Positions 1 through 8,177 are shown, counted from the stretch's first letter. The stretch: 13,686 nucleotides of DNA from Candidatus Thorarchaeota archaeon (GCA_003345555.1 PRDJ01000013.1:1-13686), one strand, 5' to 3'. Notes: a model not told the origin generated them from the letters alone. Program-made: numbers and translations.

Positions 1-106
1 TTGTACTGCATCTGGAGAGATATCAAGCTTTGTTGCCACCACGGTCCTGCTTGTCGATCTCTCTGGTCATACAAGCACCGAAGTCATGATGACTGGCGTC
101 TGAACA

Positions 107-144
107 CTCTGGACTCGGTCGTTCGAATCGACCCCCTGCTACTA
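107..144 (+). repeat. tRNA-iMet 3'-half fragment, copy 1
   Basis: CTCTG GACTC GGTCG TTCGAAT CGACC CCCTGCT A CTA: perfect 5-bp T-stem with TTCGAAT loop, then an acceptor-like strand; followed by pyrimidine tract TTTCTCTAGTTCTCTGG. Confidence 0.85.
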
Positions 145-288
145 TTTCTCTAGTTCTCTGGTCGTGCATCTTCCTACTTGACAGCAATGGAGAAAAGGAA
201 GGGGGCCAAACACCGGTGGTACTCCAGAACTGGACATGATAGGGGACACAGCACATGCGTCTGACCCCACCTTTGCTGCGGTGATGAA

Positions 289-654
289 ATGGGAAAACCA
301 ACGATTCTCCTGAAACGGATCTACGACGAGCCGGCCTCGACGGATGGCGTACGGTTCCTCGTGGACAGGTTGTGGCCACGGGGGATCAGCAAGGAGCGGG
401 CCCGGCTGGATGCCTGGCTGAAGGAGGTGGCGCCCAGCGATGAGCTTCGCCGCCGCTACCACCACGAGGCGGAGCTCTGGACCGAGTTCCGAAAGCGGTA
501 CTTCAAGGAGCTCGACGCCAATCCAAAGGCTTTGGACCCAATCCGCGAGGCCCTGAAGCGCGGTCCTGTCACCCTCCTCTTCGCGGCCAAGGATCCAGAG
601 TTCAACAACGCTGCGGCCCTTCGCGATTACCTGCTGGAGCACCTCACGGAGTAG
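289..654 (+). CDS. DUF488 family protein (YeaO-like)
   Basis: Motifs KRIYD..., RFLVDRLWPRGISKE, WLKEVAPSDELR, VTLLFAAKD..FNNA typical of YeaO/DUF488; GGTGA Shine-Dalgarno at 280-284. Confidence 0.92.
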   Translation: MGKPTILLKRIYDEPASTDGVRFLVDRLWPRGISKERARLDAWLKEVAPSDELRRRYHHEAELWTEFRKRYFKELDANPKALDPIREALKRGPVTLLFAAKDPEFNNAAALRDYLLEHLTE

Positions 655-703
655 AGGCGCCACGGCTACGGCCCGAGCCTTCGCCGCGAGCTAAAGAGTG
701 AAA

Positions 704-740
704 CCCCGAGATTGGTCGTTCAAATCGAACCCCGCCACCA
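704..740 (+). repeat. tRNA-iMet 3'-half fragment, copy 2
   Basis: CCCCG AGATT GGTCG TTCAAAT CGAAC CCC-GCC A CCA; ends in CCA; preceded by GAGTGAAA. Confidence 0.85.
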
Positions 741-919
741 CCTTTCTTTGGTACGTTCGAGAGTGCTCGATTGCAGCGCTGAAATCAAGAGTCATCGCCT
801 GCCGCGTGTAGGTGCGGCTTCTGTCGACGGATATTCAGAACCGCGCTGCGAGTCGGCACATCAGCAGGTTCCGCATTCAGCCGGCGAGCCCATGAGTCCA
901 CTACTTCGCACGATTGAGA

Positions 920-1819
920 CTACAGAGCACCGAAATATGTGATGAAGAAGAGCATGTCTGCAATTGCGTGAGATAGCACAGCTCCCCAGATACTGTCTGT
1001 CTTCTGGATCGTGTACCCCCATAGAAGGCCGAGAACAAACGTAATGAAGACAAAAGCCGCGAGCGCAACAAGTCCCAAGAATGGCAGCAGTGGTGCATGA
1101 AAGGCCGCGAAAACAACGGATGTGAAGATAAGCGACGCTCTGGGTCCGAACAGAACCTCATACTTTCTAAGAAATAGCCCACGGATAATCAGTTCCTCCA
1201 TGAAGCTGTTTGAGAATGCGAATATGAGCATCCATGGAATCCAACCGACCAGCATGCCGATTCCTACGCTTATGGCAAAGCCACCCATTCCAGCGAACAG
1301 CACCAGTTCTACGGGAACAGCGGCGAATCCAAGCAGAAGCCCCTTCACCGGGTTTCCACCTGTCACATAAAGCGATGCAAGATTGTCTCCGGCTGCTGTG
1401 ATCAACACGATGACGGTCAACACAATCGGTAATACCTCGGCGAACTTCGCAGCCGCAATTCCCGCTGGAGAATCGACCGTAAGACCCGGAATCAGTTCGT
1501 ACCAGCCGCCGAAGAGCCAAGCGAACAGAAATCCGAGGGCTACTGCGGCAAACGAGTACGCTATCTTGGAATAGATTCGTGGAGCTCTTCTGTAAAGAAT
1601 GAACGCTACAACAAAAAGACCAGTTGCCACGATTGTCTTTGCTATCAGCCTCGTAGTAGCATCCATGAAGTAGTTGTAACCCGCGATCGTATAGACCAAA
1701 ACGCTCGTCACGAATAGCAGTACGAAAAGGATGATGCGTACCCCAAGACTACGTCTGGCCAGCATTGTCGCGTTCACGCTGTCTGGATTGTGATTGCTCG
1801 TGGTCGGTACCTCTGACAT
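920..1819 (-). CDS. CPBP family (CAAX/Abi) intramembrane glutamic endopeptidase
   Basis: Multi-TM protein with SFMEELIIRG (EExxxR), FAAFH and HAIAD motifs; ATG at 1819 preferred because GGTGA lies 8 nt upstream (ORF track starts at GTG 1831). Confidence 0.9.
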   Translation of the reverse strand: MSEVPTTSNHNPDSVNATMLARRSLGVRIILFVLLFVTSVLVYTIAGYNYFMDATTRLIAKTIVATGLFVVAFILYRRAPRIYSKIAYSFAAVALGFLFAWLFGGWYELIPGLTVDSPAGIAAAKFAEVLPIVLTVIVLITAAGDNLASLYVTGGNPVKGLLLGFAAVPVELVLFAGMGGFAISVGIGMLVGWIPWMLIFAFSNSFMEELIIRGLFLRKYEVLFGPRASLIFTSVVFAAFHAPLLPFLGLVALAAFVFITFVLGLLWGYTIQKTDSIWGAVLSHAIADMLFFITYFGAL

Positions 1820-2029
1820 TCTTCGTTTCACCCTGCTTCATGAATGAATCCTAGACCAAACCTTCGAGCCCAAAGGCCACCTATTTATCATCTCTGGTTC
1901 GCCGCATATCCTTCTTGATTCCTTCGGCGGTGCATGCGAAGCAAGGTTCGTTCAATTCTCTCCCTTACAGATAATCACAATGTCTCTCAGGACTGATAGG
2001 CTTCGCTCATTGCGAGCTTTCGAAAGAGA

Positions 2030-2067
2030 CCCTGAGACCGGTCGTTCAAATCAACCGCCCGCTACCA
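2030..2067 (+). repeat. tRNA-iMet 3'-half fragment, copy 3
   Basis: CCCTG AGACC GGTCG TTCAAAT CAACC GCCCGCT A CCA; 2 differences from the array consensus. Confidence 0.92.
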
Positions 2068-2141
2068 TCCTCTATAGTTCGTCTGCCAAGAACGGTTCGT
2101 TCATATGTTTGAAGTACGGTGAACATGATGAGGAGTTCATA

Positions 2142-2564
2142 TTGGCGACTTCTGGCAAGTGGCTCTGCAACCTCATCGGGGGTCTCGATGAGAATGTTGA
2201 CAATGAGATACTGAAGAGAGTTCTTGAGGACTGCGGCAGAAAGTGTCAGTCCCAGAGCACCATAAGGAGAGCAAGGGCGATCTACGAGAAGTCCAAAGAT
2301 GTCGACACGTTTCTCACGGAGCTTGGAAAGACCGTCAAGCATCTTCACAGAGAGAAGGGTGGCACCTATATTGTGTACCCGAGATGCTACTGCACCCGTG
2401 TCAACAAGATACCTCAGGGCCAGATGCCGGCGATCTACTGCAACTGCTCTGTCGGCTGGGCCAAGGCTCTCTTCGAGGGGGCACTTGGAAGACCAGTTGA
2501 GGTCACTCTACAGAAATCGATTATAGCTGGAGATAGTGAGTGCCGATTCAAAATAGGACTATGA
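2142..2564 (+). CDS. DUF6144-like Cys-rich protein (V4R/ATC-hydrolase-like fold, probable metal binding)
   Basis: CGRKC, YPRCYC, YCNCSVGW and C-terminal SIIAGDSECRFKI motifs; probable TTG start at 2142 with GAGGAG 6 nt upstream; the ORF-track extension to 1980 reads through repeat copy 3 and is probably spurious. Confidence 0.75.
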   Translation: MATSGKWLCNLIGGLDENVDNEILKRVLEDCGRKCQSQSTIRRARAIYEKSKDVDTFLTELGKTVKHLHREKGGTYIVYPRCYCTRVNKIPQGQMPAIYCNCSVGWAKALFEGALGRPVEVTLQKSIIAGDSECRFKIGL

Positions 2565-2676
2565 GAAAGACATAGGAATCAAGCGCCGTTAGGTTTCTTT
2601 CTGGTCTACGAGTCCGGCAAGTAAGGCGATGCGTAGAGGCGAATTCTGAAAAGCCAGGAAACGAAGGGGTCGCACT

Positions 2677-3312
2677 ATGCCTAAAGACATCCATGGCTTA
2701 CTTGCCGGAAAATGGGAGAACGGCACTAGACCCAAGGATGTGTACGCGCTTTACGTTTCCAAGACGCCTGAGGCCTACCTCGACACCATCATCAGCGGAT
2801 TTCAGTCACCAGAAGCCAGAGTCCGAGACGGATGTACAATACTAGCTTCGCTTCTGTCGGAGGACCGCCCTGCGCTGCTCTATCCGTTCGTCGATCTCTT
2901 CCTGAACAACTTGGATTCAAAGGAACCGGTGACACGCTGGGAAGCCGTATGCACGGTGGGCAACCTCGCAGCCGTTGACAAACAACACAGGATTCCAGCC
3001 GCCGCGAAACGTATCATTCCATACCTGCGGGATAAGAGCATCGTGCTTCAAGGACACTCTGTCCGGGCGCTCGGCAAGATTGCCCGCGCCAACCCTGAGA
3101 AGGGCGCCGAACTCCTTGACGCTGTAACCAGTGCAGCTGATGCCTTTCCCGGGAACCGTGTCGGCTTTGTCATTGAAGCGATGGAGTACTTCCTAGAAGC
3201 CAAGCCGCTGCACCCCAAGGTGCGCGCATTTGTGGAGCCCTACTTGAAGAGTGATGTCAACGTCGTAGTGGCGAAAGCCAAGAAGTTACTGAAGCGCATC
3301 CCATCCGCCTAG
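2677..3312 (+). CDS. HEAT/ARM-repeat protein
   Basis: Repeated helical units such as FLNNLDSKEPVTRWEAVCTVGNLA and IIPYLRDKSIVLQGHSVRALGKIA. Confidence 0.8.
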   Translation: MPKDIHGLLAGKWENGTRPKDVYALYVSKTPEAYLDTIISGFQSPEARVRDGCTILASLLSEDRPALLYPFVDLFLNNLDSKEPVTRWEAVCTVGNLAAVDKQHRIPAAAKRIIPYLRDKSIVLQGHSVRALGKIARANPEKGAELLDAVTSAADAFPGNRVGFVIEAMEYFLEAKPLHPKVRAFVEPYLKSDVNVVVAKAKKLLKRIPSA

Positions 3313-3351
3313 CTCAACACCGTTCAACGCAAATCGGATGGTGGAGCACGC

Positions 3352-3358
3352 TTTATTA
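3352..3358 (+). promoter_or_regulatory. Candidate archaeal TATA box for the acyltransferase gene
   Basis: TTTATTA about 35 nt upstream of ATG 3393. Confidence 0.4.
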
Positions 3359-3392
3359 GACTCAGGAGAATGCATGCGTTTCGAAAAACAGG

Positions 3393-4643
3393 ATGAGCCA
3401 TTCTGACACAGACATACCCAAGAAGCAGCGGTATCTCTTCCTAGACAATATTAAGGTCCTCTTTACAGTCCTTGTGATTTACTGGCATGTGATGGTCACC
3501 TACGTTGAATCGGGTTGGTGGTACTACAAAGAGGCTAATCCTGTCGATCCTGTGAGTTATGTTCTCCTTCTGTTGTTGGTCTCAATCGGAGGCATACTTC
3601 AGACCTCTCTTCTGGGACTGTTCTTTCTGCTGGGCGGCTACTTCACTCCTGGCAGTTACGATCGAAAGGGGGGCTATGATTTCTGGAAAGACCGACTCAT
3701 TCGTCTCGGTATTCCTCTTCTCCTTTATGTCACATTGATTAACCCCCTGATGGTTTATACCCTATCCAAGCTAGGAATTGCCCCTTGGAGTACCAATCCA
3801 ACACTACAGGGGTCTCTGCAGGATTACTATCTCAGCAAATTCCAGTCATGGGATGAATTCGTAGGCTTTCTGACATTCGCGGGGCCCATGTGGTTCTTGT
3901 CCTCTTTACTGATTCTGACTGCAATCTACACTCTTTGGCGTCAGATTGCCAGAATAGATTCGATAAAGCAGAGAATCCCAAAGGAACTATCTATCCCGAG
4001 GTTTCCCAGTCTACTCCTTCTAGCCATTGTCTTGGGAGTCCTCACTTTCTTGATTCGCATAGTCCTACCTATAGACGTACGGCCGCTGGAAATACCGTGG
4101 GGTCAGCTAATTCAGTATCTCATGATGTTTTCTTTTGGTGTTGTTTGCGTTCGCTACCTTTGGTTCGAAAAAATGACTAGGAAGCATGTTAGGATTTGGT
4201 CAGCTGCGATTGTGGTCGCAGTTGCGTCAATCTATCTAGACTTCTTTCTCATTCGGGGAATGAACCCAGACCTCAGTGTGTTTTCGGGAGGGGCCAGTTT
4301 CCATGCGTTTCTGTTTGCAGTCGCGGACACTATCATATGCATGGGAATGATCTTCGTTGTGATCAAGGTCTTCTATGCAAGATTGAACAGACAAGGACCT
4401 ATACTCCGGAATCTATCCGCTAGTGCGTATCATATGTACCTCGTTCATCCACCTGTCCTAGTTGCTCTGTCCTTGGCATTCTCGTTGCTGACACTTAATC
4501 CGATTCTGAAGATAGGTCTCGTATTTCCATTGGCGCTTCTGATCTGCTATCTGGTAAGCCACTATATACTTCGAAGAATACATCTGAATAGGCAGAAGTC
4601 AGCGAGCCGAATAGCAAGCCCCGACTCTGTTCAAGAACTATGA
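3393..4643 (+). CDS. Acyltransferase family 3 (OpgC/MdoC-like) membrane acyltransferase
   Basis: RYLFLDNIK..LVIYWH, LFFLLGGYF, DRLIRLGIP, GPMWFL and SAYHMYLVHPP motifs; about 10 TM segments. Confidence 0.9.
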   Translation: MSHSDTDIPKKQRYLFLDNIKVLFTVLVIYWHVMVTYVESGWWYYKEANPVDPVSYVLLLLLVSIGGILQTSLLGLFFLLGGYFTPGSYDRKGGYDFWKDRLIRLGIPLLLYVTLINPLMVYTLSKLGIAPWSTNPTLQGSLQDYYLSKFQSWDEFVGFLTFAGPMWFLSSLLILTAIYTLWRQIARIDSIKQRIPKELSIPRFPSLLLLAIVLGVLTFLIRIVLPIDVRPLEIPWGQLIQYLMMFSFGVVCVRYLWFEKMTRKHVRIWSAAIVVAVASIYLDFFLIRGMNPDLSVFSGGASFHAFLFAVADTIICMGMIFVVIKVFYARLNRQGPILRNLSASAYHMYLVHPPVLVALSLAFSLLTLNPILKIGLVFPLALLICYLVSHYILRRIHLNRQKSASRIASPDSVQEL

Positions 4644-4813
4644 GACGCTATACTGTCTCCTTCGGACTCCCGATTTGATGCGAGCAGGAGATTCTCCCTT
4701 TAAGGCTAGTATCGTTGAGCTGTCAATGACGTTCCCGGAACAAATGCGCCACCCGCACTCTATGCCTCCTTCAATAAGAGGATTGGGCCGCCGTGAAAGC
4801 CTGCGTGATGAAG

Positions 4814-4825
4814 GAAACCTATAAG
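4814..4825 (+). promoter_or_regulatory. Candidate BRE/TATA promoter of the methyltransferase gene
   Basis: GAAACC-TATAAG about 35 nt upstream of TTG 4861. Confidence 0.5.
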
Positions 4826-4860
4826 CGAATTCAACAGAGGACGAGGCCATAGCGTATGCT

Positions 4861-5700
4861 TTGAGTGCGGTGTACGAGATGCCGGGCAATCGAAATCTGG
4901 ATGAAATCGGGTACTACGACTACGCAGCAACAATGGGAATACCGTACTTCCATTGGGGTGGCCTAAGCGCGTCGGATCGGATTGCTGAGTTGCTCGCAAT
5001 AAACAACAATACTCGGGTCCTCGTGGTGGGTTGCGGTACCGGATATAGCGCCTGCAGAATTGCGAAGAACACGGGTTGTCATCTGATAGGGGTGGATATC
5101 TCAGCTGAGATGATTAAGGGGGCGCAGAAGAGAGCCACTGAATGGGGTCTCGAAGACCATGTTGAGTTTCGGGAAGGCAATGCATACAAGCTGGATTTCC
5201 ATGATGCCGAGTTTGATGTGTTGATGACCGAGTTCGTGTCGGTCTTTCTGGAGAGGCCTCGTGTTTTTCGCGAGTTTGTAAGGGTGCTCCGACCGGACGG
5301 AAAACTCGGCGTAAACGAGCTCTTCCTCGCAGACGAGATACCCGCAGAGGTAAGGCCGAAGATTGAGAGAGCACTGGAAGGATTCGAACAGGCTGTCGGA
5401 CTTCCGATAAATATTCCCACAATGTCTGAATGGAAGACGTACTTCGCCGAGGCGGGTTTGGGGAGCATAAGTCAAGAGATAGTTGACTACAAATATAGAA
5501 TTCGTGAAACGAAGAATACGATGGGAGGGACTTGGAGGCTGCTCCGTATCATTGGTCGAGTCACATGGGACATGGCCTCGAACGGCGATTTCCGAAGACG
5601 GATGACGCCCATAGGACGGCTGAGTGGCGTGTTGGTGCGGAATCGTGAAACCAGAGGTTACGCAGGAGCTGTCATCTGCGTCGGTACAAAGCCTGCATGA
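4861..5700 (+). CDS. Class I SAM-dependent methyltransferase (Methyltransf_11-like)
   Basis: VLVVGCGTG motif I, GVDIS motif II, FHDAEFDVL, VRVLRPDGKL; start TTG 4861 or ATG 4879. Confidence 0.92.
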   Translation: MSAVYEMPGNRNLDEIGYYDYAATMGIPYFHWGGLSASDRIAELLAINNNTRVLVVGCGTGYSACRIAKNTGCHLIGVDISAEMIKGAQKRATEWGLEDHVEFREGNAYKLDFHDAEFDVLMTEFVSVFLERPRVFREFVRVLRPDGKLGVNELFLADEIPAEVRPKIERALEGFEQAVGLPINIPTMSEWKTYFAEAGLGSISQEIVDYKYRIRETKNTMGGTWRLLRIIGRVTWDMASNGDFRRRMTPIGRLSGVLVRNRETRGYAGAVICVGTKPA

Positions 5701-5762
5701 ACGAATTGGTGTCGAGTAAATCATCATGTTGGGTCGACTGGAGTTAGTCATCTTTGGAGGCG
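5701..5762 (+). pseudogene. Stranded degenerate copy of the 5' end of the ICMT-family gene (7360-7421)
   Basis: Ungapped 62-nt alignment with 50 identities; encodes MLGRLELVIFGG versus MLSRLELIVFLG, then diverges. Confidence 0.75.
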
Positions 5763-5825
5763 ATGACTGTAGTTCCGTGAGTTTCGGCCCCGGAGAAAGA
5801 GATGCATCCGTGACCTTGTTACTTC

Positions 5826-6467
5826 TCATGAATTGATGCCTGCTAGTGCATCCTCAAGCTGCTTTACTCTCTTCACAAGCTCCTTTCTTTTGTATTTGTC
5901 AGCCTCGGCTGCCTCAGCGACTCTCCGCAGCGAATCAACAAATGAGGTGTCCTTCCCTGCGGCTTCCAAATCCATGTTTCTCATCCGTGACTCTGTGTAT
6001 CTGTGTAATAGATACGCAAGGGGCCCCGCAAATAACAAGAGAGCGCTGGATAGCACAACCAGACCCATCAAAATCGAGAATGATTCATATTCACCAAGAT
6101 ACTGAACGACAGCTGCTGCTATTGCACAGGATAGTGCAAATCCAACAGGAAGAAGAAACAAAACATAGACGGCAGCCGTCGTCCGATCCGACAATCGATT
6201 CCGCTTCGTCTGAAGATTGACATATGAAATGAAGTCGGAGTCGCCCAGTGCATACACCTCCCATTTCTTGAGCATGATGATTTCCCTCTCGTCCTTGTCG
6301 AGCACATAGAATGGGTCATCAATGCCCTCCTTCTCCCAGCGCGCGCGCCTCACCTCGCATTCCGCATATCGGGGGTCACTCTGAAGGACCCTCTCCATCG
6401 CCTTACACTTCTCGTCCTTGTACCAGTGTCCCCACTCTAACTCAGATACATCAATCTCGACTTTCAC
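5826..6467 (-). CDS. Hypothetical membrane protein (soluble N-domain, 2 TM helices, charged helical C-terminus)
   Basis: Long ORF with two hydrophobic segments; probable GTG start at 6467 (ORF-track start TTG 6488); BRE/TATA upstream. Confidence 0.75.
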   Translation of the reverse strand: MKVEIDVSELEWGHWYKDEKCKAMERVLQSDPRYAECEVRRARWEKEGIDDPFYVLDKDEREIIMLKKWEVYALGDSDFISYVNLQTKRNRLSDRTTAAVYVLFLLPVGFALSCAIAAAVVQYLGEYESFSILMGLVVLSSALLLFAGPLAYLLHRYTESRMRNMDLEAAGKDTSFVDSLRRVAEAAEADKYKRKELVKRVKQLEDALAGINS

Positions 6468-6505
6468 GCTACGGTCCCTGCATGTCAATTGAAACTTGAA
6501 CGAGT

Positions 6506-6517
6506 ATTATAGTTTCG
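6506..6517 (-). promoter_or_regulatory. Candidate BRE/TATA promoter (CGAAAC-TATAAT on minus strand)
   Basis: Minus strand reads GCACGAAACTATAATACTC just upstream of the 5826-6467 gene. Confidence 0.55.
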
Positions 6518-6622
6518 TGCAACCTAGAGCGCAGATTCAAGAACCACAACATGGGCCTGCGCTCAGGAGTCAACAGAAATCATAAAAATGGCGCGACTCC
6601 GCAAGACCGAGGGTTATGTTGA

Positions 6623-7195
6623 ATGAATGATAGACCACGTGGCCTGATTGTTTACGGCACCACCTTTGGTGCGACGAAGGGAACCTCTGAAGAAATCGCA
6701 AGAGTACTGCGAGAGCAGGATTTCGATATCAAGGTCGTCAATGCGCAAGAGGAGAAAATCAAAGACATCTCAGATTACGAATTGGTCATTGTCGGGAGCA
6801 GTCTGGCTAATTGTAGATGGAACGGTCATGCAGAGGATTTCCTAAAGAAATTCCGCAAGGAATTGGAGCAAAAACAGTTTGCTCTGTTCGTATCTTCCGT
6901 AGCAGCAATTTCTGAAAGAGAAGGAAATACGGATGAAGTTGCCAAGATACGCAAACTTGCCCTGGAGGACAAAATATCAAAGTACGGTCTCAAGCCCGTA
7001 ATGACAGCTTTGTTCGGGGGCATCTTGAACTACAACAAGATGGGGCTCGTGACACGTAAAGGGATGGAAGTAGCCTTCATGTCGCGACTTCAGAACAATG
7101 GGTTCAAAGAGACTGAACCCGGCGTCTATGATTTGCGTGATTGGGACAAGATTCGAAGCTGGACAAGAGAACTTGCCAGAAAGGCGCGAGAATAG
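6623..7195 (+). CDS. Flavodoxin-domain protein (Flavodoxin_5/HemG-like)
   Basis: LIVYGTTFGATKGTSEEIA FMN-binding loop, YELVIVGS, ALFGG.LNY and DLRDWDKIRSW motifs. Confidence 0.88.
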   Translation: MNDRPRGLIVYGTTFGATKGTSEEIARVLREQDFDIKVVNAQEEKIKDISDYELVIVGSSLANCRWNGHAEDFLKKFRKELEQKQFALFVSSVAAISEREGNTDEVAKIRKLALEDKISKYGLKPVMTALFGGILNYNKMGLVTRKGMEVAFMSRLQNNGFKETEPGVYDLRDWDKIRSWTRELARKARE

Positions 7196-7384
7196 GTGCA
7201 CCGGAACAGGAACATGCTGCATACGATTCAGACGTGGGCAGCCAATCTCATGCCACGGTCACGCCTAGGCCGTCAGACTGTTTAAAGACATCAAGGGCAA
7301 TCTGATGCCAAAGTGTGCGACATCCCTTAAATCCAAGACAGGAGAATAACATGACACACACGATTTGGTGTTGAATTAATCATC

Positions 7385-8044
7385 ATGTTGAGCCGGCTGG
7401 AGTTAATCGTCTTCTTAGGCGTGGTTCCGATTCTTGTTCTCGTTGCTGACAAGATTGTGGGCCGTATAAGAGACAATCAGCTCCCTGCGGGCTCGATAGT
7501 CTTGGCGACGCCTATACCCGAGACTGCACACATAAGGCCTGGAACGCGGTGGACCCAAGTCGGAACTACGATTGTATTCATGGGGAATATGATGCTCACT
7601 CTTTTTGTCGCAATTGCGAGTATCTTTGACTTCTGGCTAGTTCTTCCCCAAGTGCTCTTTATCCATCTGCCAGTCTGGGTGAACTGGTTGGGAATCGTGT
7701 TTGGTCTAGCAATGGACCTGATAGGAATTGTAGTTCGGTATTATAATGTGAATTACAGAGCAGTATTCAATGACTTGAAGGGAAAATACGTGTTGGCCAC
7801 CGGAGGGCCGTACAAAGCAGTCAGACACCCAATATATAGTGCCACATGCGGTCTGACCATTGCAATTTTCTTGATAACAGAATTCTGGCCTCTCCTCTTG
7901 ACCGTATTGTGCTGGGGGGCTCTGCGAAAGCAAGCAATCTATGAAGAACAAACATTGCGAACAATCTTCAAAGAAGAGTACGAAGCGTATTACGTTAGAA
8001 CCGGGCGTTTCTTTCCACTATCCCTGAATAGAACGAGAAAATGA
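7385..8044 (+). CDS. Isoprenylcysteine carboxyl methyltransferase (ICMT/PEMT) family membrane protein
   Basis: LATGGPYKAVRHPIYS and EEQTLRTIFKEEYEAY...TGRFFP motifs; several TM helices. Confidence 0.9.
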   Translation: MLSRLELIVFLGVVPILVLVADKIVGRIRDNQLPAGSIVLATPIPETAHIRPGTRWTQVGTTIVFMGNMMLTLFVAIASIFDFWLVLPQVLFIHLPVWVNWLGIVFGLAMDLIGIVVRYYNVNYRAVFNDLKGKYVLATGGPYKAVRHPIYSATCGLTIAIFLITEFWPLLLTVLCWGALRKQAIYEEQTLRTIFKEEYEAYYVRTGRFFPLSLNRTRK

Positions 8045-8047
8045 GAA

Positions 8048-8092
8048 CTCATGACCCTGAAACCGGCCATTCAAATTGACTGCCCGCCACAA
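8048..8092 (+). repeat. tRNA-iMet 3'-half fragment, copy 4 (retains anticodon loop)
   Basis: CTCATGA CCCTG AAACC GGCCA TTCAAAT TGACT GCCCGCC A CAA; CAT anticodon at 8050-8052; starts 3 nt after the ICMT stop codon. Confidence 0.85.
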
Positions 8093-8177
8093 CCTTCTCC
8101 GGCTTCCTCGGACGCGTCATCTCAGATGCTATCTGCTGCGGACTGTGAGCATGCCGGGGTGACTGCTGATGGAGCAC

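Noticed and set aside
1980-2141. N-terminal extension of the 1980..2564 ORF
   Set aside because: It reads through repeat copy 3; the Shine-Dalgarno-supported TTG at 2142 is a better start.
2577-2614. Possible eighth, highly decayed repeat (AATCAAGCGCCGTTAGGTTTCTTTCTGGTC)
   Set aside because: It lacks the GGTCGTTC core, and the similarity is too weak to separate from chance by eye.
4733-4768. Weak repeat-like string (CCCGGAACAAATGCGCCACCCGCACT)
   Set aside because: No T-stem pairing and few identities to the consensus.
7351-7374. Short upstream ORF MTHTIWC with AGGAG before the ICMT gene
   Set aside because: Only 7 codons, with no supporting attenuator structure; it cannot be distinguished from chance.
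8065-8081. Compensatory A53:T61 change in copy 4 as evidence of selection on the T-arm hairpin
   Set aside because: It is a single event, and five of the seven copies carry uncompensated T-stem mismatches.
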